A stretch of DNA of 64,000 nucleotides from an uncultured delta proteobacterium (GCA_963816395.1 CAWFKQ010000006.1:224001-288000); one strand, 5' to 3'; shown: positions 36,013-46,843, counted from the stretch's first letter. A program made the numbers and translations. The notes: generated by a model not told the origin, from the sequence alone.

Positions 36013-36885
36013 ATGATGAAGAAGGCGCAGGAGGAACTGGTGGAGCACCTGCAGAAGCAGTTCGAGGTCAACCGCCGGGCGCTGCACGATCTGCGGGAGG
36101 TCACCGGCCAACTGGAGGTGCTCAACCGCAAACTGCAGGAGTCGGAGGCGCTCAAGAGCCACTTTCTCTCCAATATCCGCAACGAGATCACCAATCCGCT
36201 GACCGCCATCATGGGGCTTTCCAACCGGCTGCTCGCCGGTGAGGAGCCGGCTCGTCTGCCGGTGGTGGCCCGGATGATCTATGAAGAAGCGTTCACTCTC
36301 GATTTCCAGCTGCAGAACATCTTCGCCGCCGCCGAACTGGAGGCGGGCGAGGCGGCCCCGGAGTGGGCGCGGGTGGATGTCGCCGGGGTGCTGGCCGCCA
36401 TCTGTTCCCTCCTGGAACACCGCATCGGGCAAAAGGGGGTACGACTCATATCAAGTGTGCCGGCGACGCTCTTCTTCGTCACCGACGCCCGCCGGCTGCA
36501 CCTGATGCTCATCAATCTGCTCGCCAATGCCGTGGAGTTCAGCCCGCCGGGGGGAGAGGTGGCGTTGCGGGCGGAGGCGGCCGAAGGTCGGCTGCGGATC
36601 GGCATCAGCGACCAGGGCTCGGGCATCGCCCCGGCCGATCGGGAAACCGTCTTCGACCGCTTCCGGCAGTTGGAGAGCGGCCCCGCCAAGGGGCACCGGG
36701 GGCATGGATTGGGGCTGAGCATCACGCGAGCGGTGGCTGAACTGCTGGGCGGCAGCCTCATCCTGGAGAGCACGCCGGGCGGAGGAAGCCATTTTCACGT
36801 TACCCTCCCCGAGCCAGGCGGCAGTGCCGATGTCGTCGCTCCCGAAGGCAACCTCTTCTTCTTCGAAGAAGGGCAGCGCTTCTAG
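36013..36885 (+). CDS. histidine kinase-like protein lacking the phospho-His
   Basis: H-box reads FLSNIRNEITNPL; intact N, G1, F, G2 boxes (NLLANA, DQGSGI, FDRF, GHGLGL). Confidence 0.8.
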   Translation: MMKKAQEELVEHLQKQFEVNRRALHDLREVTGQLEVLNRKLQESEALKSHFLSNIRNEITNPLTAIMGLSNRLLAGEEPARLPVVARMIYEEAFTLDFQLQNIFAAAELEAGEAAPEWARVDVAGVLAAICSLLEHRIGQKGVRLISSVPATLFFVTDARRLHLMLINLLANAVEFSPPGGEVALRAEAAEGRLRIGISDQGSGIAPADRETVFDRFRQLESGPAKGHRGHGLGLSITRAVAELLGGSLILESTPGGGSHFHVTLPEPGGSADVVAPEGNLFFFEEGQRF

Positions 36886-36904
36886 CGCAGCCGGCCACCG
36901 TCCC

Positions 36905-37396
36905 ATGATCGATACGCCGTCACTGCCCACCCACTATCTCTATCCGGGCACCCTGTTCGTCTCCCGCCAGCCGCACCTGGTAACCACGGTACTCGGTTCC
37001 TGCATCTCGGTGTGCCTCTGGGACCCGGTCACCCGCCTCGGCGGCATCAATCACTTCCTGCTTCCCCTGTGGAATGGCGAGGGACTGGCGACTCCCAAGT
37101 ACGGCAATGTCGCCATCCCCAAGCTGATCGAAAAGCTGGCGGCGCTCGGGGCCGATCCCCGGCGGCTGGTGGCCAAGGTATTCGGCGGGGCGGCCATGTG
37201 GGGACCGGCGCCGGGTCTGCTCCAGGTCGGCGAGCGCAATACCGAGTTGGCCCAGAGGCTGCTCGCGGAAATGGGAATCCCCATCGGCGGCGTCGATCTC
37301 GGCGGCATGGTCGGCCGCAAGATCATCTTCAATACCGGCAGTGGCGAGGTCCTGCTGCGCCGCCAAGCGGCGGCGCAGGCACGGGCGATGACCTGA
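36905..37396 (+). CDS. cheD: chemoreceptor glutamine deamidase
   Basis: TVLGSCISVC, GGINHFLLP, AKVFGGA. Confidence 0.92.
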   Translation: MIDTPSLPTHYLYPGTLFVSRQPHLVTTVLGSCISVCLWDPVTRLGGINHFLLPLWNGEGLATPKYGNVAIPKLIEKLAALGADPRRLVAKVFGGAAMWGPAPGLLQVGERNTELAQRLLAEMGIPIGGVDLGGMVGRKIIFNTGSGEVLLRRQAAAQARAMT

Positions 37397-37399
37397 CCG

Positions 37400-37632
37400 G
37401 CCGCCTGCTCCCGTCCTGTTTCTGCCCCTGCAGAGCCGTCAGCCGTACGACCTCTCCTGTCCCGAGCAGTGGAATCCTTTCGATCTTTTCGCCGGCCGGC
37501 GCTGTCGCGGTCCCGGAGACGGGCGCTCCCGGCGGCGGTTGATTCGCTTGCGCTCGGCCTGCCGTCGGGCAGGAAATGGCTGAAGGCGGCGTAGGCAAAG
37601 GCGATCAGCATGAGGATTTCGAACATGGGCAT
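37400..37632 (-). CDS. possible small membrane-anchored protein; 3' end uncertain
   Basis: GGAGGT RBS, hydrophobic N-terminus MFEILMLIAFAYAAFSHFLP; the frame runs into cheD antisense, so the true stop is unclear. Confidence 0.35.
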
Positions 37633-37754
37633 ACCTCCAAGGGGGATGAGGTCAGGATAGGAGCCGGTCCGCGACAGAATACGTCACATCATTTTCGGCC
37701 GGAATCCCTTGAAAATTCCGGCACAAACCCCGGGAATTCTCTCCTCCCTGGACA

Positions 37755-37788
37755 TTGACAGGCCCCGGCAAATCGTATACAGTATGCA
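37755..37788 (+). promoter_or_regulatory. acnB promoter with overlapping operator
   Basis: TTGACA-17 nt-TACAGT; CGTATACAGTATGCA at 37774-37788. Confidence 0.7.
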
Positions 37789-37928
37789 ATATTTCAAATC
37801 CCCGGAGGGTATCCCGGGCAGCTCTCGGGAATAGTGATAAAGGGGCTGAAATTCCTGATCTAACGTAGTTTTCGCGGATGCTTCCGGCGCTGCCGGCGGG
37901 CCGCAACAATTTCGAGGAGGAGAGAGAA

Positions 37929-40470
37929 ATGATCGAAGCTTATCTGAGACACCAGGAGGAGCGGAATGCGCAGGGGATCCCCCCTCTGCCGCTCACTGCC
38001 GACCAGGCCCGGGAACTGGTGCAGCTTCTGCAGAATCCCCCGAAAGGGAAAGAAGATTTGCTGCTGCATCTGCTCAAGGAGCGGATCTCCCCCGGCGTCG
38101 ATCCGGCCGCCGAAATCAAGGCCGATTTCCTCGGCAAAATTCTCAAGGGACAGGCCACCTCGCCGCTGGTGGCGAAGAAGGAAGCCGTGCAGATCCTCGG
38201 CACCATGATCGGCGGTTACAATGTTGCCCCTCTGGTCGAGGCGCTGAAGGATCCGGCGCTGGCCGACGAGGCCGCCCGCGCCCTTTCCGGCATCACCCTG
38301 GTCTACGGCGCCTTCGAGGAGGTCCTGGCTCTGGCCAAGAACAACGCCGCGGCGAAGAAGGTGGTCGATTCCTGGACCAAGGCGGAGTGGTTCACCTGCA
38401 AGCCCGGTGTTCCCGAGGTGATCAAGGTCAAGGTCTTCAAGGTGGACGGTGAGATCAATACCGATGACTTCTCCCCGGCCGGCGATGCCTGGAGCCGCCC
38501 CGATATCCCGCTGCACGCCCTGGCCATGGGCAAGACCCGCTTTCCCAGCGGGCTGAAGACCATCGCCGAGTTCCGCCAGCAGGGTTTTCAGGTCGCCTTC
38601 GTCGGCGACGTGGTCGGCACCGGCTCCTCCCGCAAATCCGCCTGCAACAGCGTGCTGTGGCACATCGGCGAGGACATCCCCGCGGTTCCCAACAAGAAGC
38701 GCGGCGGCGTCATCATCGGCGGCGTCATCGCTCCGATCTTCTTCAACACCGCCCAGGACTCCGGCGCCCTGCCGCTGGTGATGGACGTCTCGAAGATGAA
38801 CACCGGCGACCTCATCACCATCAACACCAGAAAGGGCGAGGTCACCAACGAGAAGGGCGAGGTGATCGCCACCTTCGCCATCAAGCCGAACACCCTGGCC
38901 GACGAGTACCGGGCCGGCGGCCGCATCCCCCTGATCATTGGCCGCTCCCTCACCGAGAGGGCCAGGAAGGCCCTCGGCATGGGGGAAACCGACATCTTCG
39001 CCAAGCCGGTCAACCCGGTAGCCAAGAAGGATCAGGGCTACAGCCTGGCGCAGAAGATGGTCGGCAAGGCCTGCGGTCTGCCGGGCGTTCTCCCCGGTAC
39101 CGCCTGCGAGCCGAAGATGACCACCGTCGGTTCCCAGGACACCACCGGCCCGATGACCGCCGATGAGCTCACCGAACTCGCCTGCCTGAAGTTCCAGGCG
39201 CCGATGTTCATGCAGTCCTTCTGCCACACCGCCGCCTATCCGAAGCCGGCGGACGTGAAGATGCACAAGAACCTGCCCAATTTCATCGCCGCCCGCGGCG
39301 GGGTCGCCCTGCGCCCCGGCGACGGCGTCATCCACAGCTGGCTGAACCGCCTGCTGCTGCCCGACACCGTCGGCACCGGCGGCGACAGCCACACCCGCTT
39401 CCCCATGGGCATCAGCTTCCCGGCCGGCTCCGGTCTGGTCGCCTTCGCCGGCGCCCTCGGCTTCATGCCCCTGGATATGCCGGAGAGCGTGCTGGTGCGC
39501 TTCAAGGGGAAATTCAATCCCGGCATCACCCTGCGCGACGCGGTCAACGCCATCCCCTTCTGGGCCATCAAGCAGGGGCTGCTCACCGTGCCGAAGAAGA
39601 ACAAGAAGAACATCTTCAACGGCCGCATCCTGGAGATGGAAGGACTGCCCGAACTCTCCGTCGAGCAGGCCTTCGAGCTGACCGACGCCGCCGCCGAGCG
39701 CAGCGCCGCCGCCGCCGCCATCCAGCTCTCCGAGACAGTCCGTCGCCACCTACCTGCGCTCCAACGTGGCGCTGATGCAGAAGATGATCGCCGAAGGCTA
39801 CCAGGATCCCCAGACCCTGCAGAACCGCATCGACGCGGTCAACGCCTGGCTGGCCAAGCCCGAGCTCCTCAAGGCCGACAAGAACGCCGAGTACGCGGCG
39901 GTGATCGAGATCGACCTGGCCGAGATCACCGAGCCGATCCTCGCCTGCCCGAACGACCCGGACGATGTCAAGCTGCTCTCCGAGGTGGCCGGCACCCCGA
40001 TCCAGGACGTCTTTCTCGGCTCCTGCATGACCAACATCGGCCACTTCCGCGCCGCCGCCGAGATCTGGCGCGGCCAGAAGTTCAACCCGGCCGTCCGCAC
40101 CTGGATCTGCCCGCCGACCCGCATGGATCAGCAGCAGCTCAAGGACGAGGCGCTCTTCTCCATCTACAGCGCCATCGGCGCCCGCATCGAGATCGCCGGC
40201 TGCTCCCTGTGCATGGGGAACCAGGCCCGCGTGCCCGACGGGGTGAACATGTTCTCCACCTCCACCCGCAACTTCGACGACCGCATCGGCAACGGCGCCA
40301 AGGTCTTCCTCGGCTCCGCCGAAATCGGCGCGGTCATCTCCACCATGGGGAAAATCCCGACGCCCGCCGAGTACCTCGCGGTCTACAAGGAGAAGGTCGC
40401 GCCCAAGGCCGACCAGGTGTACAAGTACCTGCAGTTCGACCAGATGCCGGAGTACAAGAAGTCGGCCTGA
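37929..40470 (+). CDS. acnB: aconitate hydratase 2 (frameshift near 39738)
   Basis: [42 protein letters not shown]. Confidence 0.96.
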
Positions 40471-40495
40471 TCAGGCTGAACGACCGCGCATGACG

Positions 40496-40531
40496 AAGAC
40501 CCCCGCCCGGGCTGCCGGGCGGGGGTCTTTT
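40496..40531 (+). terminator. intrinsic terminator after acnB
   Basis: AAGACCCCCGCCCGG-GCTG-CCGGGCGGGGGTCTTTT. Confidence 0.88.
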
Positions 40532-40762
40532 GCTATCCCCACCCAGGCAGAGCCGGGGATGGCTTCTGCGGGAACAGTGGATTTGCGCCATCGGGAACTG
40601 CTTCTCGCACCTGCGCCCCCATGCGGGCTGCTCGCCCGAACGGGGCTTTTTGCTTGTTTTATCAGGAGATTTCAGTAACCTGTACGTCCTGGCGTCTTGC
40701 ATCGGGATCTTTTGCCCCGCCAGGGAAAGCGGCTTTTTTTCACCATCCTCTCGGGGGAAATC

Positions 40763-40916
40763 ATGCAGCGTCGAGCACATCTATTATATCAATGGGGAAT
40801 GGGTGCCGTCCCGGGGCGGGCGGTTCATCGATGTTATCAACCCCGCCACCGAGGAGGTCCTGGGAACGATTCCTGCCGGCACCGCCGAAGACGCCGACGC
40901 CGCTGCAATGAGGTAA
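40763..40916 (+). pseudogene. N-terminal fragment of an aldehyde dehydrogenase
   Basis: YINGEWV..IDVINPATEEVLGTIPAGTAEDADAA then stop; the remainder is absent in all frames. Confidence 0.75.
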
Positions 40917-40982
40917 ATTATTCCGAGAGGCGAAACCAAGTCCGGTCCCTGTTCACGAAGAGGCGGAAGGAGTAAAAAAGGC

Positions 40983-41177
40983 ATGAGTGACCTGTTCCCC
41001 GAGGGAGAAGACGTGCGACGCGCCGTCAGATGGGTGTCCGGCAGCCTTCAGGAGAATCCCGATCAGCCGGTCAAGCGGTTTGTCAGGGAAGCGATCTTCA
41101 AGTTCGACCTTTCCCCGAAGGATGCCGAATTCCTGATCGGGTTCTTCAGCGAGAGGGACGAAGCGGCTGGTGGATAA
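40983..41177 (+). CDS. small hypothetical protein
   Basis: AAGGAG RBS; 64 aa ORF EGEDVRRAVRWVS..FDLSPKDAEFL. Confidence 0.7.
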   Translation: MSDLFPEGEDVRRAVRWVSGSLQENPDQPVKRFVREAIFKFDLSPKDAEFLIGFFSERDEAAGG

Positions 41178-41231
41178 TTTGACGGGTCGGAAAATCAGGG
41201 TACATTGAACCTACCTTCTGCACAGGCGCGT

Positions 41232-41295
41232 GGGAAAAGCCAACCCTGCCGCGCGGCAGGACGGAAAGTCACGGCGAGATCGGGACGGCGAACAT
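41232..41295 (+). ncRNA. degenerate GEMM-I (cyclic dinucleotide) riboswitch-like element
   Basis: AAAGCCAAC-CCTGCC-GCGC-GGCAGG-ACGGAAAG-TCACGG follows GEMM-I P2 and junction; P3 is short; it lies between a TTGACG-16-TACATT promoter and the RBS. Confidence 0.45.
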
Positions 41296-41314
41296 ACACA
41301 TCAGGGAGGCGGGT

Positions 41315-42067
41315 ATGCGGCACGGAATCAGTTCTCTGCTTGTTCTGGCGGCTCTTCTTACCCTTCCTGTTGGAGCGTGGGCCGAACTGCCCTGGCAGTT
41401 CGACGAGCACACCCGGTACATGGTCATGGGGGATAGCCTGGGGGCAGGTTACGGTGCCATTCCGGCTACCCAGGGGTATGCTTACCTTCTATACCAGGAA
41501 GGGGTCTTCGATACCATGCCCAACACTCTTTTGACCAATGCGGCCGTCCCCGGCGCCACCAGCCAGGGAGTCCTCGATTTTCAAGTCCCCCAGGCGATTC
41601 AGTTCTTCAAGCCCGACGTGATCACCCTGACCGTCGGCGGCGATGACCTGGCGGTGCTGCTGCTCGGGTTCCTGAACGCTCCTTCCCCGCCAACCCCCGA
41701 GGAGTTTCAGGCGGCGATCCAGGATCTCCTGACCACTTTCGGGGCCAATCTTTCCCAGATTCTCTTCTCGTTGAAACAGGCCCTGCCGGGGGTGGAGATC
41801 TATGTTGCCAATCTCTACCAGGTTCCGGAAATCGTCGATGCGATCCCCGCCGGCCTGGGAGCCGGACAGATCATCCCCGCCTTCAATCAGGTCATCGCCC
41901 AGGTGGCCGGCTCGCTTGAGGTCCCGGTGGCGGACCTGTACAGCGCCTTTCTGGGGAGAAGGGGCCTTCTTCTGATCGAGCGCCACGGGAGCGACCCCTT
42001 CCAGATCCATCCGACCAATGCCGGCTACCGGGTCGCAGCCAAGGCGTTCGAGGCCGTTATCCCGTAA
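41315..42067 (+). CDS. secreted SGNH/GDSL hydrolase
   Basis: Signal peptide, GDSL block I, GAT block II, C-terminal IHPTNAGY. Confidence 0.85.
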   Translation: MRHGISSLLVLAALLTLPVGAWAELPWQFDEHTRYMVMGDSLGAGYGAIPATQGYAYLLYQEGVFDTMPNTLLTNAAVPGATSQGVLDFQVPQAIQFFKPDVITLTVGGDDLAVLLLGFLNAPSPPTPEEFQAAIQDLLTTFGANLSQILFSLKQALPGVEIYVANLYQVPEIVDAIPAGLGAGQIIPAFNQVIAQVAGSLEVPVADLYSAFLGRRGLLLIERHGSDPFQIHPTNAGYRVAAKAFEAVIP

Positions 42068-42180
42068 ACTTACCGGGCAGTCGAAAAGGGGGTCGGCGAA
42101 TGCGATCTTGCCTGGCGCCGTAGATTCCCGGGATGCCTGCTGGCCATGGCACCCGAATAGCATTTCGACGGGGGGCTTAC

Positions 42181-42843
42181 GTGTTCAGTTCCGAATTCAG
42201 CCCAGAGTTGGCCCCGACGCTGGTAGCCATGCTGGCCAAGATCCCCGAGGCCGGTACTCTGAAGCGGGTCGTGGCCGAATCGGCGGTAGCAGCGGACGCT
42301 CTCTGCGGCAACCGGCCGATGGCCTGTGGCCCCGGCTGCCCCCATTGCTGTGTGCTGAACGTGGCGGTCCTGCTGCCCGAAGGGATGGTCATCGCCGACT
42401 GGCTGCGGCAACAGCACCCGGCGAAAACCCTCGACGCCCTGCGTGAACAGCTCGCCGCCCACAGTCGCCGGGTGCGCTGGATGGAGGACGAAGAGCGGAT
42501 CTTCGAACACGCCGCCTGCCCGCTGCTCGATCCTGCCGGCAACTGCTCCGTCCATCCCGTACGGCCGCTGGAGTGCCGCGGTGCCGCTTCGCTCGACCGC
42601 GACAGCTGCCGCACGGCATTCCGGCCGTTCTTTATCGATCAGGAGCCGCGGGTGCCCGCCGACCTGCTGCGTCAGGCGGCATTCGACTCGGCATTCAAGG
42701 CGCTGGCCAGGGCCCTGCAGCACCACGGACTTGACGACCGCAGTATTGAACTTGGGAGAGGAGTTCTGGCATTTCTGGATCGTCCCGAATGTCGTGACCT
42801 GCTTCTGTCGGGGGAACGGTTGCCCCAGGAGCTTTGGGATTGA
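42181..42843 (+). CDS. YkgJ-family cysteine cluster protein
   Basis: CGPGCPHCC, CPLL..CSVHPVRPLECR. Confidence 0.8.
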   Translation: MFSSEFSPELAPTLVAMLAKIPEAGTLKRVVAESAVAADALCGNRPMACGPGCPHCCVLNVAVLLPEGMVIADWLRQQHPAKTLDALREQLAAHSRRVRWMEDEERIFEHAACPLLDPAGNCSVHPVRPLECRGAASLDRDSCRTAFRPFFIDQEPRVPADLLRQAAFDSAFKALARALQHHGLDDRSIELGRGVLAFLDRPECRDLLLSGERLPQELWD

Positions 42844-42938
42844 CTCTGCGCCACATCCAATCGTAGCGGCAGGCGATGGCACATCGCCCTCGCTGCTTTT
42901 AGCTAACCATCAACAGAGCACAGAAAAGGAGGAGTGAA

Positions 42939-43124
42939 ATGCCGGTCATGCATTTTTACGGTCCCGGGTTGACCAAGGAGAAGAAGGCGGAACTGGTACG
43001 GGACTTTTCAGCGGCCGCGAGCCGGGCCACCGGGATTCCCATGGAAAAAATGGTGGTCTACGTCCACGAGATGCCCCCCGAGAATATCGGCGTCGGCGGC
43101 GATCTCCTGGCCAATCGGAAGTAG
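42939..43124 (+). CDS. 4-oxalocrotonate tautomerase family protein
   Basis: Pro2, LTKEKKAELV, ENIGVGG; 61 aa. Confidence 0.85.
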   Translation: MPVMHFYGPGLTKEKKAELVRDFSAAASRATGIPMEKMVVYVHEMPPENIGVGGDLLANRK

Positions 43125-43145
43125 CAGTTTCCTTCCGCCGGTATC

Positions 43146-43172
43146 AAGGGCACGGGATCTCCCGTGCCCTTT
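43146..43172 (+). terminator. intrinsic terminator
   Basis: AAGGGCACGGG-ATCT-CCCGTGCCCTTT. Confidence 0.75.
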
Positions 43173-43371
43173 CCTTTATCCCGGCTCCCGCGGCACATGC
43201 CAGCATTATGGTAGAATTTCAATGAGAACCCGAAGCCTGAGACTCCGATGATTCGTTTCTCTTTCAGATCCCGCCCGGCCAGAGTGCGACGCCCGGCGGG
43301 GCACGCCCCGCCGACCGGGGTTTCCGCTGGCGGCGGCCAGGGCCAGGCTGCGGCAGTTCCGCCAGGCCACC

Positions 43372-44529
43372 ATGCTGACGGTGGCCATCACCAGCCTGCT
43401 TCTCCTGCTCTTTTCTCCTCTGGATACCCATTCCGTCCCGGGCGCCGGAGGAACCGGTGCTCCTGTTGCCGCCACTCCACCAGGGGAGCCGGCGATTCCC
43501 GCCCCGAGAACCGAAGGGCCGCAGGGAAACGGGGATGAAGTATCCGAACCCCTCGGCCGGGCCGCCGCCGAGGAGGCGGCCCATACATTAGAGAACCTGC
43601 GGCAGGCAATTTATCGCTATCTGCCGAAGTTTCTGGTCGTCCTCGGGATCCTCTTCGTCGCCTGGCTGCTGGTCCGGCTCTTGCGCCCGCTGCTGCGGCG
43701 CACGCTGCGGAAATGGGAGCGGGCCAACGCGGTGGCCGCGCTTTTCGGCATCGGCGTCTGGATTCTGGCGGTGGGAATCGCGCTGAGCGTCGTTGCGGGA
43801 GACATCCGGGCGCTGGTCGGTTCCGTCGGTCTGGTCGGCCTGGCCCTTTCCTGGGCGCTGCAGACCCCGATCGAGAGCTTCACCGGCTGGCTGCTTAATT
43901 CTTTTCAGGGGTATTACCGGGTGGGTGACCGGGTGGCGGTAGGGGAGGTATTCGGGGATGTTTATAAGATCGACTTTCTGACCACCACCGTCTGGGAGAT
44001 CGGCGCTCCCGGACGCGGCGGCTTCGTGCAGGCCGAGCAGCCGACCGGCCGAATGATCACCTTCCCCAACAACCAGGTGCTGAACGGAACGGTGGTCAAC
44101 CTCACGCGCGATTTTCCCTTCGTCTGGGACGAGTTGGCGGTGGCACTCGCCAACGAATCGGACTTCGAGTACGGCCTGCGGGTTCTGGCCGGAGTGGCCC
44201 GGGAACTGCTGGGGGCGTCGATGGCGGAGCCGGCCCGCCGCTATGGAGAGATTCTGCGCCGGGCCGATCTCGAGCCCGGCATTCCCGAGGAGCCGCAGTT
44301 ATTCCTGTCGATGAGCGAGTCGTGGACGGAGGTGGTGATCCGCTATCTCGTCCACGCCCGCGAGCGGCGGAAGTGGAAGAGCGAGCTGACCGCAGGGGTC
44401 ACGGCGGAGTTGAAGAAGCCGGAGCATGCCGGACGGCTCCTGCCGGTCTATCCGCGTCAGCAGTTCCAGCTCATCGATCCTGACGGTCGGGCGGTTGTCC
44501 TGGCGAAGGATCGGCCGGAAGATCTCTGA
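43372..44529 (+). CDS. MscS-family mechanosensitive channel (start may lie further upstream)
   Basis: GLVGLALSWALQ, YRVGDRVAVGEVFGDV, ITFPN. Confidence 0.85.
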   Translation: MLTVAITSLLLLLFSPLDTHSVPGAGGTGAPVAATPPGEPAIPAPRTEGPQGNGDEVSEPLGRAAAEEAAHTLENLRQAIYRYLPKFLVVLGILFVAWLLVRLLRPLLRRTLRKWERANAVAALFGIGVWILAVGIALSVVAGDIRALVGSVGLVGLALSWALQTPIESFTGWLLNSFQGYYRVGDRVAVGEVFGDVYKIDFLTTTVWEIGAPGRGGFVQAEQPTGRMITFPNNQVLNGTVVNLTRDFPFVWDELAVALANESDFEYGLRVLAGVARELLGASMAEPARRYGEILRRADLEPGIPEEPQLFLSMSESWTEVVIRYLVHARERRKWKSELTAGVTAELKKPEHAGRLLPVYPRQQFQLIDPDGRAVVLAKDRPEDL

Positions 44530-44543
44530 GGAGAAATCGTCCC

Positions 44544-45645
44544 TCAATGGAATGCGGCATTTTTCTGGCGCCACTCGAGAAAGATTTTGACCGCCGATCT
44601 CCAGAGCATCCAATTCGGGGGGAAAGCTTTCGTCGATTCCCGGGAGAATCTCGTCAAGAGCGGGAAGGAGCGTGCCGTCCCGATAGGAGTCGAGGATTTC
44701 TGGGTGGATATAGTACTTGCGGCTGGCCGCCGGGCGGTTGCCCAGGAGCCGGGCCACCTCGCGCACCGCCCGGGTGATATTCTTCTTCGCTTGAGAGGCG
44801 GTTTCCGCCTGGCCGAGCGCCCGCAGGCCGGCGGCGGCGCACACCGTCGCATGCCAGGTCCGGATATCCTTGGCGGTGAATTCGGCCCCGGTCGATTCCT
44901 GCAGATATCCGTTCACGTCCTCGGAAGCGACGGTGCGCAGTTCGCCCTCGCCGTTCACGTAGCGGAACAGCTCCTGGCCCGGGAGGTCGAGGATCTGCCG
45001 CAGGACGCTGGCGACCCGCCGGTCCTGGACGCTTCTTTCGTGCCACTTGCCGGATTTCCCCCGGAAGGCGAAGCGGATCTCCGAGGTCTCCACGTCCACA
45101 TGGCGGCGCTGCAGGGTGGTGAGGCCGAAGGAGTTGTTCTCGCGCAGGTAGGCTTCATTGCCGACACGGATCAGGCTCTTTTCCAGGAGGCGGACGACGG
45201 TTGCGAGGATCTTCTCCCGGGAGAGGCCGCGCCGGCGGAGATCGGCGGCAACGCGGCGGCGGAGAATCGGCAGGATCTCGGCGAAATGCAGGATATGGGC
45301 AAACTTGACCTCATTGCGGAAGGCGGCCCAGTCGGCATGATAGAGATACTGCTTGCGCCCCCGGGCGTCGCGGCCGGTCGCCTGCAGATGTCCCCGCGGC
45401 GAGGAGCAGATCCAGACCTCGCTCCAGGCCGGTGGAATGACCAGGGATCGGATGCGCTCCAAGGCCTGCGGATCGCGAACAGCCGTTCCATCCGGCGCCA
45501 GGTACCTGAACCCCATGCCGCACCGGCGCCGGCGGATGCCGGGGAGTCCGTCATGCACGTAGTGAAGGCCGACCGCCCGCGCCGAAGCTGCCGGGTCGCG
45601 CCATAAGGACTCTCCCCGCGGGAGATCGTTCGTAATCTGGCCCAT
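44544..45645 (-). CDS. bacterial DNA topoisomerase IB (frameshift near 44598)
   Basis: IPPAWSEVWIC, GRDARGRKQYLYH, IRVGN, FRGKSG, FTAKDIRTW, RKYYIHP. Confidence 0.92.
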
Positions 45646-45849
45646 CGTTCTGCCGTCCTGGCATTGTGTCCGCTATATTTTATCACCGGCAGAATTCTCG
45701 CGCACGGCATCCCTGATCCTGCCCGAACCTCGCCCCGTGCGTTCCAATTCCCCTCCGGCGGGTGTATCCTCATAATGGGGTAGAGGTGGAGGCGACATTC
45801 ACGCGAGAGGAGAGGGAATCCGCAGTTAGGGAGGAAAGGACTAAAAGAC

Positions 45850-46433
45850 GTGAACAAGCGCGGGACGCAGCCCGACAGAATCGACCGGCTGGAACCCAAA
45901 GTACGCAGAGGGACTGATCGTGGCCATTACCGGCCACGGTAAAGGTAAAACCACCTCGGCGCTGGGGATGGCGGTGCGCGCCTGCGGCCACGGAATGAAG
46001 GTCTGCGTCATTCAGTTCATGAAGGGTGACCTCTACGCCGGGGAGTGGGACGGCATCAAGCTGCTGGATTGCGACATCGAGCTGATCGCCACCGGCAAGG
46101 GGTTCTGCGGTATCGGAGGCAATCCCTATCCTTGGAAGGAGCACCGGGACGAACGCCCAGGACGCTATCGACCTGGTCCATGAAAAATTGGCGTCCGGTG
46201 CGGTGGATCTCCTGATCCTGGATGAAATCAATAATGCACTCAAACTCAAGCTGGTCGACCTGGGACAGGTCCTGGAAATCCTGCGCGCCAAGCCGCCCCT
46301 GATGCACCTGGTCCTCACCGGCCGCGATGTCCATCCGCAGGTGATCGAGCTGGCCGATACCGTCAGCGAGATTTGTGAAATCAAGCATGCCTTTCGCGCC
46401 GGCATCGAACCTCAGCCAGGTATCGATTATTGA
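45850..46433 (+). CDS. cobO: cob(I)yrinic acid a,c-diamide adenosyltransferase (two frameshifts)
   Basis: TGHGKGKTTSALG, IQFMKG, LILDEI, LVLTGR, GIDY. Confidence 0.88.
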
Positions 46434-46507
46434 TCCATGTAGCCGGCCGACCCCAGGCAAGGATCGACGGGAAGAAGATAAAATTTCGCAAACCACGGAT
46501 GGAATCC

Positions 46508-46843
46508 ATGCCCCGATCCAATAAACGCATCTATCGCATCTTTTTCATCAGCCAGGGCAAGTCTTACGAGATCTACGCCCGCAAGGTCCAGCAGGGAGAG
46601 TTGGCAGGATTTGTCGAGATCGAGGAACTGGTTTTCGGGGAGAAATCGAGCATCGTCGTCGATCCTTCCGAGGATGCCCTGAAAAAGGAGTTCGGGGGGG
46701 TGAAGCGCCTGCACCTTCCATTTCACGCCATCGTGCGCATAGACGAGGTGGAGAAGGAAGGGCCGGGGAAGGTGCTGAGCATCGCCGGTGGCGATGGTCC
46801 TGTTCCCGGGCTGCCGCCGGGCCTGGTACCGAAGCGGGGCTGA
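46508..46843 (+). CDS. DUF1820-like protein
   Basis: IYRIFFISQGKSYEIYAR, VVDPSED, IVRIDEVEKEG. Confidence 0.75.
   Translation: MPRSNKRIYRIFFISQGKSYEIYARKVQQGELAGFVEIEELVFGEKSSIVVDPSEDALKKEFGGVKRLHLPFHAIVRIDEVEKEGPGKVLSIAGGDGPVPGLPPGLVPKRG

Noticed and set aside
40545..40740. Riboswitch upstream of the ALDH fragment
   Set aside because: Several hairpins, but no recognisable aptamer consensus.
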